DNA of 54,469 bases, from assembly GCF_001194135.2 (NCBI RefSeq), contig NC_068985.1:23400297-23454765 (forward strand), written 5' to 3'. Source of the stretch: Octopus bimaculoides. Its lineage: Eukaryota. The translations under genes were made by a program, and so were the position numbers. Positions 12,874 to 24,800 of the stretch are shown piece by piece. The notes under the pieces were generated by a model. The model ran no database searches and was not told the DNA's origin. It worked only from the letters and a program-made list of their open reading frames with translations. Each line of letters opens with the position of its first letter. The stretch's first letter is position 1.

Positions 12874-15800
12874 CTCTCTTTCTCTTTCTGTGTGAGGTGA
12901 ATAAACTCATCTAAATTACACAAAATTGAAAATAACACTGACATCTCATTTTAACAGATATACTTACCTAAATTTTATTCAATAAAATCGCCAGTGGCTT
13001 CAACCACAGCCTCCAGATGACTTTGGAATCTCCTGCAACTCTTCTGGATGATTTCCTTGTTCAAGATGGTGAATGCTGCCATAATCCTTGCTCTCAATTC
13101 ATCTTTGGTGTTACAAGGAGTTTTGTTGGTCTCTTGTTCAACTGCACCCCACCCATAATAATCAAGGGGGTTGCAGTCTGGAGAGTTAGGTGACCAGATG
13201 TTAGGAGTGATGTGGTCGCAGAAATTATCTGGCAGCCATGACTGGATTCTCTTGCTTGTGTAGCATGGTGCAGAGTCCTGTTGCCAGACATAGTCTTCCA
13301 GCAGCCACCCTCTTGACCCAGGGCAGCATTGCCTTCTCCAGGCACTTGGTGTAGACTTATGTGTTACGTCTGAGACCATGTGGGAAGATGAATGGAGGCC
13401 GTAATGTCACCATCACAAGTGATCACTCCAAACTTCCTGATGTTGACTGGTTGTTTGATTTTTATCACTCTCGATACATATTTTTTTACTTATTTATAGC
13501 TTGGCCTAGCAATGATTTGCTGGCTTTAATAGAGAGCATGTATACCAGTTGCTGTAAAAATCCACAAGCTTCTTNNNNNNNNNNNNNNNNNNNNNNNNNN
13601 NNNNNNNNNNNNNNNNNNNNNNNNNNNNNNNNNNNNNNNNNNNNNNNNNNNNNNNNNNNNNNNNNNNNNNNNNNNNNNNNNNNNNNNNNNNNNNNNNNNN
13701 NNNNNNNNNNNNNNNNNNNNNNNNNNNNNNNNNNNNNNNNNNNNNNNNNNNNNNNNNNNNNNNNNNNNNNNNNNNNNNNNNNNNNNNNNNNNNNNNNNNN
13801 NNNNNNNNNNNNNNNNNNNNNNNNNNNNNNNNNNNNNNNNNNNNNNNNNNNNNNNNNNNNNNNNNNNNNNNNNNNNNNNNNNNNNNNNNNNNNNNNNNNN
13901 NNNNNNNNNNNNNNNNNNNNNNNNNNNATATATATATATATATATAATGGTAAAATTATGATTGGCAGAATTGTTATTGCATCAGACGAATCACCTTGTA
14001 AAGTTTATTTCTGGGTCTGTGATCTGAGTTCAAGTCCTATCAGAACTAATAAAATATCAGTCAAATACTGGAGTTGATTTAATCAACTAAGCCCACTCAG
14101 GTTGCAGTTTTGTGCCAACGTTTGGAATTGGTATTAGTAAAATTACGTTTTAATGCATACATTAAATAACAATGTCTTTTTATAAATTTAAACCATTTTT
14201 CCCTGTGCATGTATGTATGCACATGGACATGTGCTTGTATGTGGCACTTGCATGTTGAAAAAAAAGAATTGTTTGTTTTCAGTAAGGTGGAAAATGTAGT
14301 TTTCATTGTATTTTGTAGGCACTATAAGTAACGGTGCAATGAGTGAACCAAAGATCAAGCGCTATCGGAACCACCAAGCAAAGCTTATTACATGTCAAAC
14401 TTCAAACTCAAGTCTAAATCATGAGTTGCGAAAGAACAAGAAGGGCAAAAATAAGGTGAAAGACAAACCACCGGATAGCAGGCTCACAAAATTGTCAAAT
14501 ACCTCAACAGTTGCTATTGGCTCCTCGGCCACTGCCAGTCAAACCACTTCAACAGTAACAATGTCTGTTAGTAACATGAATGGGAACAAGGAGTCTGAGG
14601 TGAGATCAACTAATAGTGGAAGTGGTGGAGGAGGTAGTAGCAGTGGTGGTGGTGGCAATGGTGGGAGCAGCAGCAGCAGTGGTGGTGGAAGTGGTAATAC
14701 TAACAATAACAGCAGCAACAACAACAGTAACAGTAGCAAAAAGAAAAAGAGAGACCATGTAAATTCAAGTTCTTCAGGTAAAAAGTCAAGTAAGTGTGAT
14801 TTTTTTTTTTTTTTTTCTGCCAAATTATTTAAGCTAATGAGATATATTTATTTACCATTGTTACATACTTTGTGGAATTTGTATTCACTTGACATTTAGA
14901 TGTAAACATATTTATATATTCAGGAAAAAACTTCATGTAGTTTTTTCCTTAAGAACGATTATGCTAATGTGACTGACTGAACTACTAAGAACTATATCTG
15001 GGTAGCTAAATCTCCCTCAAATCATAGCCTACTGTCTTAAAACAAGGACTCACATAAGATGTCTTAGAAACATTGAATAAAAGATGGCTGTTACTTGATT
15101 CCAGTGTCCCTTTGGAATGACTTATTCATGCTGTTTATGTATTATTTAATTTTGCATATACTCTATTTTTATATAATTTTTTTTTTCTTCTTTAATCTTA
15201 CAGCTATTGGAGATCTTGATGATTTTGGGTCTTTGCTAGAAATACCATATAAAGTTTATGGTCCAGAAATTGATAAATTATTAACTAAAAGCTTGGATAA
15301 AAAATCAATTGTGTAAGTCTTATGTTTGTTAATCTTAAACATACATTTTTATGTTCAGATCTTCATGTTGGCCTGTGATGCATTTAGAACAGTTAACTAT
15401 GTTGTTACTGTATTTCTAACTAAAATATGTTTTTTACTTCGAAACTTGGACAAATTGTTTGAAAAAACAATTATTTGTTTTTTGATATGATGTGGTATTT
15501 GTAGCATGACTTGATAAACTAAATAGACTTTTTGTCTCAAATCTACTCTTAATTCCATAATGAAAGTTAAAATTTTGCTTAAATATCACTATATAACAAG
15601 TGTTATTGGTCATTATTCACCTGGGTAAATAACAATTATGATATAGAAATATGCATATAAAACAGGTATGCAATAATCATCATCTTCATTGTCGTTATAA
15701 TGTCCACTTCTACATGATTTGGATGGAATTTGCTGAGGTAGATTTCTTGTGGCCAGATACCCTTCTTGTTGCCAACCTGACAGGTTTTTACAAAAGATTG

Positions 15801-18800
15801 GAAATGGACTCTGCATGTGTAATGGTGATGCTCATTGGCAAATTTCAAGACATAAATACACACATATATACTTGCATGGAAAACGGACGTTATATAATGC
15901 ACAACAGGCTTCTTTCAGTTTCTGTCTACCAAATCTACTCACTCAGTTGTTATTAGCTTAGGGCTATAGTGAAAATAACACTTGCCCAAAGTTCTCTGCA
16001 TTGGAACTGAACCTGAAACCATGTGGCTGAAAAGCAGACTTCTTAACCACACAGTAACACCTACACCTATGATGTATCTCAAAATTTATCAGTGTTTGAA
16101 AATGACAAAATGAGATACATTCACATAGACCTTTTGAGTAAACAGAAAATAAAGAATTAGGGTAGGTTTGAACACACATTGGGAAGTCTTTGCAGTTGAC
16201 TTAATACTCTGCTTTGATGCTTGTGCAATCTCCTGTGACTATTGAGTTTCTTTGGGGTTTTTTTAAATTATGGAAATGGCTGAATTCAGAAGGATATTTT
16301 TTCCTCTGAAATTTGCATTTTACCCTACAATTTTTTTGATGTTCAGTTGTGTTGCAACATATACGTGGGACTGGCGATGATCCCATCACTTTTGAGTCTT
16401 TCTTGATATACAATAAAAGAAGTATTAACAACACTTTCACATCTACGATATACAAAGTCAGATATTGTCACCACATTTTTTACCTGCTCTACATCACTAA
16501 CTCTTCATCTGATTCATCTGATCTATAGAGAGAAAATAAATTTACCTCTATATGTAGTTCTTAAACAATTCCTTTCTGCTGTTGGATTATTTTGCCTCTT
16601 TTTCATTTTGCTTTTTTCTTTATATATATATATATATTCACTGTCATCCCTTTTTTTCATTTACAATAACTGTGGCACATGAATATTGTTACAGCTTTAA
16701 AGTCTGCCACAAGTTTGACCAGACAAAACTATTAGTCAAAAATTAACAATAGTTAGCTTTGGGTATGGTGTGGAAGTGATAATTTCCCAGACTATACCAT
16801 ACTGACTAGTACAAGTTTTTTTTTTCACTCACATAAAAATTAAGCTCATTACTGTATTCAATATCCACTTCATAGACTGTCCATATTTCTATGCCCCATT
16901 TTGCAGGTTTGTCCAGCATTTATATCACACCATCGTTTCATCTATGGTTAGTCTTTTTTTCCCTGGCTTGTAAAACAAAACAAACAAAAAAAAGCTTAAA
17001 TGCCTTTTGCACAGCAAACAAAAAGGCTTTTATTTTAATAATGGGTCAAAATTTTCTTCTCCACACATTGGTGTACTGCTAGTGTCTTGTATTGTGAAAA
17101 TACTAACAGCTTAAACAATCCTGTTTCCAGTCTAATGGAAAATGTTTCATTTATTCAGTTATATTTAATAGCTTCTTGATTCTTATTATAAAGGTTAGGG
17201 TTTTAAAAAAATGGCTGACATGTTGAAAGCCATGTATTACTGGCTCTTCCCCACTCTGTTCTGCTTATCTGTTTACTTCTGTGATTATTGACTGGAACAA
17301 TTGATTTGGCATAACTAAAAGGAAATGAGTTAAGCTGAATCTCCAAGCTAGTATTCATTTTTTGAGAAGGTTCAAAGTATAATGAAATCAATGTGTAAAA
17401 ATATCCAAAATAATTTAGATGACATATTTTGGATTATTTAGTTAGACTAGTAAATTAATTTTCTTATCATTAATGCTGAGGGTAAGGATGGAAACCAGCA
17501 CTAAATGATATTACAGATATTAGGTAACATGATTGCAGTTGTGAAATGTTTGTAATATTAGGTGGTAACCACTAATTTTTTTTCCCCCCCACCACAGGGA
17601 GTGTCAGGAACATTTTGGACCTTTATTAGATAAAAATACCAATTCAAGTGATCGAACTGTCAGTTTAATGAAGGCTCACAATGTAAACATGAGTCCTAAA
17701 AGAGGTCAGAGAAAAGAAGATGGTTGGAAAGAAGTTGTAAGGAAGTAAGTTTTCTTTAATTTTTGTTGTTGTTTTTTTTTTTTGTATTTTGCTATATTTT
17801 TGAAATATTTAATTTTTTTTCTATTATAATTAAAAATGCAAATGTTTTTGTTTAGATCTAAAAAAATCATAGTTTCTGCGAATGCTATCAGTCGAGTAAT
17901 AGGCCGAGGTGGTGCCAATATTAATGCCATAAGAGATGCCTCAGGAGCGCATATAGAAGTTGAAAAACAGAAAGGCTCTGGTGACAGATTGATTACTATC
18001 AAGTAAGTTGCTTCTGAGCTTTTATCTCTTTTAACATCAAGAAAGATATAAATATTCATAATTCTACATTTTAATTATTGTTCGTCATGAAAGGTTTTGT
18101 ATTTCTTCTTAGATTTCTGGCTGATCTATTGCTAACTGGCTTTTTGCTTGATATAATTACAGTTGTACTGTGGTGGAATACATAGTCTCTTTGCCAATTG
18201 ATGTCTGTTTTTTTTACCCATTAGCTTTTAATGGCTGAAAGTGAGAGTAAGGAACATTACCACCATCATCATTTAATATCCACCTTCCTAAGGCAGCGAG
18301 TTGGCAGAAACGTTAGCACGTCGTGAAGGTGGCGAGCTGGCAGAAACATTAGCAATTAGCATGCCGGGCAAAATGCTGAGCGGTATTTTGTCTGCCACTA
18401 CGTTCTAAGTTCAAATTTTGCCGAGGTCGACTTTGCCTTTCATCCTTTCGGGGTCGACTAAATAAGTACCAGTTACGCACTGGGGTCGATATAATCGACT
18501 TAATCTGTTTGTCTGTCCTTGTTTGTCCCCTCTGTGTGTAGCCCCTTGTGGGCAGTAAAGAAATAAGAAATATTGGCACGTCAGGTGAAATGCTTAGCGG
18601 TATTTCGTCTGTCTTTACTTTGCGAGTTCAAATTCCGCCAAGGTCAACTTTGCCTTTCATCCTTTTGGGGTTGATAAATTAAGTACCAGTTGCATACTGG
18701 GATTGATCTAATGGACTGGGCCCCCTCTCCCAACATTTCAGGCCTTGTGCCTAGAGTAGAAAAGAATATCCACCTTCCTTGCTGTAGAGTGAACAGGAGC

Positions 18801-21800
18801 TGATAAACCTGAGAACTGCACCAAGTTCTGTCTGCTCTGGCATGGTTTCTGTGACTGGAAGCTCTTCCTAGTGCTAACGACTTTAGTGTGTACTAGGAGC
18901 TTTTTAAGTGGCACCAGCACTAGTGATATCATCAAGTAATTTGTAAGGCAAGACCTGTCAACTGAAGGAGAAGACTTTGTGATGAGTGGTTTAGAGGAAC
19001 AAAAACGGGCCTCGTGCAGTTGGAGAAAAAGGTGAGAGAGAGAGAGAAGATGGTGAAGAAGATGTCAGGGTATGTGTGGTTCATAGGATTGGATAGGGCG
19101 AGGGAGCATTTGAGTTTGTGAGAGTGAAAGGAGAGTGGTAGCTGGTGGTGAGTGATGAACATGAGTGGAGGGATGGAGGGGTTAGGAAGATGATTGTGTG
19201 CAGGTGCAATAAACATAAGCAATGTGCTTTTAGAGCCTCATATCATCCACAGAGAATTATTCATATTGATTTAGTAGAGGCTTTTTTTTATAGATATAAC
19301 TGGTATGTATGCTAGTAGCATGTAAAAAGCACTCACTATACTCTTGGAATAGTTGGCATTAGGAAGGGCATCCAGCTGTAGAAACCATGTCAAATCAGAT
19401 TGAAACCTGGTGCTGCTCCCCAGCATACCAGTTCTCAGTCAAACCGTCCAGCCCATGCCAGCATAGAAAGCGGATGATAAATGATGATGAACTGAACTTG
19501 AAACATTATTATGTGGTAGAATAAGAAAATGTATATTAGGCTTTGGACAATTTTTCATGTTTCCAACTTATTTTAATGGAAACTTTTTTTCCTTTCTTTC
19601 AGGGGATCTGCTGAAGCAACCAGACAAGCTCATTTATTAATAAATGCCCTAGTTTCTGATCCTGATAAAGAAATTGCTGAGATATTACCCAAAAATAAAC
19701 AATCACGACAGAGCCAGCAACAACAGCAGCACACTCAGTCACATCAGCAGTCAAATCATGTCCCATTGCAGACTCAGTTAACATCTGAATGGACAAACTC
19801 CAGTGTGGCTTCAACTAGCAGTAATAGTGATAGTTGCAATACTAACCATGTCACTAACACTTCTATTGCTAGCGGGACTTATGTTTCCACATGTCCTTCA
19901 TTGTCAAGCTACAGTTCGAATAATAAGGTTCAAAGGCCTGCCATCTCCAAACAGCAACCCTCTAATTTGGTGACTTCCACTGTTGGTAATACTGCACCAC
20001 GACCAACATTGGTACAAAGTTCTGGAAGTGGTGTTGTGCAGAGTCAAGTCTGGTCAAATGCTCAGTCCACTTCAACCCTCAACTCACCTCAGCACAATCC
20101 ACTTCCCTCTCAGAAGTCTGCATCGTTAAGTAATGTCACTCAGCAGCAACAGTCCCAACCCCACCATCAGGTACAGATCCGGTCTCCGCCCACTACAGCT
20201 TCCGTTGCCACTTCATCTGCTCCAGAGGCCAAAGTTGTTAGGCAGTTGTTCCCGAGTGATAAGCGGACAACAACTGTGCCTACTGTGGTAACAACTACCC
20301 ATGCAACTGTCACCTATAGCAGTGCTCCATCAGGGATAAAACTAATAACTTCTACTGCTACCTCAGCTGTAAAGGTTGAAACCCATTCCTCTAATTCTTC
20401 TCCTCAAATTAAGTCTACAATCACACCTAGCACCAAAGTTAATTACCGACCTCCTCCTCCTCCTAACATGAAGCCATTAGATATACTTTGTGGTGGTGGT
20501 GGTGGTGGTGGCGGCGGTGGTGGTGGCGGTATAGCCCCTAATCCAGTTGGCCCTCCAACTGCTCCTTCAATAGTAAATACTAACTTAGTAATGCGAACAG
20601 GTGGTGGCAATGTTTTGCCTCAGTCTCAGCTTTCATCTGAAGCAGCATCCATTCCTGTCACATTACCATGTGACTATTCTCCTTTTAATAACTTGTTTAG
20701 TCATGTTGCTGAGCAGGTAATGGGGAAAAAAGACGACCACTGTGGAGAAAGAATGAATTTTGCCAGTGTTGCTGCAGGAGTGCAAATGAATTCTGGATTG
20801 CCGTCCCAAGTTGGTCGAAGTTCCCCTAAACCATTACCTGCAGAACCAAAGATAGACGCTGCTTTGCAGGCTAAAGCTCCTGGCTATAAACCTAATGGAC
20901 ACAGGACAAATTCCCCCCAGCACACTTTAGTAATATCAGATCTAGAACCAGTTAAAGTGCCCAATTATAAAAACCCTTTTGGACTGACTTTACATAATTC
21001 AGATGTTATGTTAAATTCAGTGGGTTGCTCATTGTCACCCCGGTCAAATAATTCAGGTCAACCTGGATTGTCTCCAAGGACCATAAGGGCAGGTGTAACT
21101 TTGGAAGCAGCACACCAACGGATGCTACCTCCTGTTATGTCTAGTCAGAAGGAGGAATATACCATTCCTAACCAACCTATGACTCTTCCGAAAATAGATA
21201 GCATTTTAAATCCTCTTGCACCTGATTTCAAAAGTGTTTCCACACCTCAGGGGAATTTGCCTGCACAGTTTCTTGGTCGTACAGGGGTTGGTAACTTGAA
21301 TTCTGGTAACATTCAAACTGCAATGTATGCAACTCATGCTTTAAATGCTACTTTTGTAAACCCTAACTACAGCAGTATGCACCCTCAGCCCAACTACCTC
21401 CCTGTAGCTCCACCCCATCCTCCACCAATGCCAGATATGCAACCCAATTATAACATACTCAGCCAATTTAGTAACCAACCAACTACTAACATGATAAATC
21501 CTAACCAACCAGTGCAGCGTCCATATTCACCAATGCATCCACAAGTGCGACCAAACAGTGCACCATCTATAGCACTACGTACAAAAGGTAAATAATTCTT
21601 TTAGTTTATAAATTTAACTTGAATTCAAAATATTTTTATTCCAGATAGTTATTGAAGTGGTTTAAAGAATGGTAATCTGATTGAGCCAATCTAACACTCG
21701 TGTATCCATGATTTATTATTATTTATTTATATTAAAATTCAATGATATTCTTATGTGGGCTTTGATGGATTTCAGAGCCTCCAAAGTCTATATAATATTG

Positions 21801-24800
21801 CAAGTGTATTAAAAAAAATGTATCGTTTATGAAGTTGGGCTCACCAATAATTTTTAAAAAGTGATAGTTATGTTCATTGTTTATAATGCCAAATTTTTTT
21901 GTGAAGAAAATGAACTGACTGTGTTTAATATTTGTGTGTGTGTTTATGATGGGACTAATTTCTTTTCTCTGACACTTCTTATTTGAAGATATGATTCTTA
22001 CTTCAAGGTTCTGAAATTCTCTGTATTATTATTATTATTAAGGGATGGAGAAACAAGGAAATTGTGGTATTTATAGCTTTCTCTAAGGTATTAGAGTTAC
22101 AGTTGTGCGTGTGTGTATGGATTCAGTTAAAATTTAACTTTTCAGTTTTAGAGCAACTTTTGACAAAATTGCTTCATATTATCTAGTTTGGGTGATGAGA
22201 AGATTTGAAATCAATTTACTTAGCATTGTGGTCAGAGTAAATATTTTACAAAATGATGTAGAAGTTGCTTTTTCATGTGTGCCAGTGTATTCTAATAATT
22301 TAATATAAAAAGAAATTGTAGGTCTTAGTAATTATTTAGTATGAATATTTAACCTTATTTTTAACTTACTGCAGTGATTCTGAGCAGTTAAAATATATCT
22401 GCAATATATTGGTTATACTTCTACAATACACAAAATATCTTTAATTTTTTTTTATACAATTCCTAATAGTATTCAATTATAAAAATATGTGAATTTTTAA
22501 ACACCAATTACTTATAAGAGTCCATTCTAGTAAAAATAGGAATCAAAGAGGTCCATCCATAGGTGAAAAGTGATAAACACTGGCTTACTCTTCTGGCCAC
22601 GAAGGTGTTCAACGTGATGAAAAGACTGAAAAGAATAGGTGTGATCCTTTAATCTGTGAGAATATAGAGAAACAGACTGACCCAGTCAGAATTTTCTTTG
22701 ACAGTTAATTTGTCTATTCAAGATAAAGCAGTTCCTTCTATCACTTTGTTTCAGTGTTTTATCAATATCTTAGTGTGTTACTATTTTCATCTACTTGCTC
22801 AATATTAATTACAGTTTTATTGCTTTTCTACTTTCATATTTTTACCATTGCATACATTGTTAAATAATTTTTTTCTTTCTTTACTTCTGAAGGCGTTCAA
22901 GGTCCATCTTCTCCTTTGCCCCTGAGTACCACTCCTCCACCACAACCCTTAGAACAAGTAAAAAATATTATGGATGAACGTAAACTTTTGAAACCCATTG
23001 GAGGAGAACGTATGATTAAAAAACCTCAAGGAATCAACATGGATAATGATTTCAACCCAATGATATGGGCGCTTAGTTCAGGTATGTGTGTATGAAATGT
23101 TATCCTGTTGTTACTATAATTAAATATGTTCTAATTACTAAGCAAGTAAATATTTGTTAGATTCAGTTTTGAGATTGCAGATATTTATTAAAAACAATTT
23201 TTTCAGAAGATTTGCAATATTTATTGTATTTTATATCTTCAGAATTGAATTCCGAGTGGCCTGCAAGTAGTTCTCCCATCATGGCTTCAGCGGCAATGTC
23301 TACTCCAGTCATGACCTCATCTACTGGTTCTACTGGAATAATGACGCCTACTGTCACTGGACCGAATGAAGGGAGAGTGCCATCTCGTTTGGAGAGTGCA
23401 ACTATTCGAGGCAATTTACTGGATGGCAAGCGCCCAGATCAAGTTGGACAGTCTTATCATGTAAGACATTTTATAATAATAGATTTTTTAGAAATTTAGT
23501 GAAATAATTTTTTTTCTCCTTGTAAGGTTTCTCACATCTGATTATCTTTGGTTTAGAGCAATAACGTTTTAAGTCTCTAATCCTAATAACAAAGTTGAAT
23601 TTCAGTGCCTTGGTAAAGTTGCAGAGGCACTGTGACATGGCATGTCTTTGATATTTCTAGACCTAGCAGTGCTCCATTCTTCTACAGTTATGACCGCTGA
23701 TTTCCTTTTGAGAGAGAGAAAGAGATATGTATATCGTAGTAGTTATTTTAATGTCTGTTTTTCCACGTTTGCATGTGTCAAATTGGTTGTGGCAAATTTT
23801 CTGTGAAATTGAGAGACCTGCGACAAATACCACAAGGCAGTTTATCTGACCCTGTATTATATATACCCACTACACTCTCTGAGTGGTTGGCGTTAGGAAG
23901 GGCATCCAGCTGTAGAAACTCTGCCAAATTAGATTGAAGCCTGGTGTTGCCATCCGGTTTCACCAGTCCTCAGTCAAATCGTCCAACCCATGCTAGCATG
24001 GAAAGCGGACGTTAAACGATGATGATGATGATGATATGATCATCATAATCATATCTGTTTTTCATGCTGGTATGAGTTGGTTTATACACACAGACAAAAA
24101 CAATTATATTTCTCATAAAATATTTGAGTCTTACAGAATCTGAATTTATCTATTAGCTGTACATCGATATAACCTTGTTAAAGCCAATAATTGCTTCAAT
24201 AACTGCTCTCTTTCTCTCTCTCACACACACAGGCTTGGATTTGTGCATTTGTTTGTATAATGTGGATGAGCTTATGTACATAATAGATCATATTTGTTGT
24301 ATTTGTGGATAATGTTTGGAAATGACATGTGTTGCATTCATTGCACACCAAATAGTTTCGCCTGGCTGGCTTTCACTTTTGGTATTCAAAACTGAGTATA
24401 TAAGTGTATGAAAGTAGTATCTCTTTTGCTGGTGTTACTGCAAAAATTAACTAGACTGCTTCACACAATTCTTGCTGATGCATATAAGGTGACTATTTCA
24501 AACCAGCCTGGCCTATTTTCTCCTTTAAAGTTTATTTTGAAGATTGGAGATTTTATCTTTGTTTCAGTTAATGCCATATTTATACTTTACTTGTATTTTA
24601 TATACGACCGAGACCTTGTGCTTGAGAAGACCCATCAAGCTGAGCAAAATCACAGCCGTGACAGATACTGGTGTCATGCAAATGGCACTCATGTCAGTGG
24701 CATGTAAAGCACCCACTACGCTCTCGGAGTGGTTGGCGTTCGGAAGGGCATCTAGCTGTAGAAAATCATGCCAAATCAGACTGGAGTCTGATGTAGCCTT

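Noticed and set aside
510-14823. Antisense ORFs over Mask exons and microsatellite ORFs (510-767, 556-792, 3312-3566, 12199-12465, 12722-12944, 14539-14823)
   Set aside because: Shadows of low-complexity coding sequence or dinucleotide repeats.
22614-22680. C/D box snoRNA candidate (GTGATGA ... CTGA) in a Mask intron
   Set aside because: No terminal stem and no recognisable antisense element; the boxes are expected by chance.
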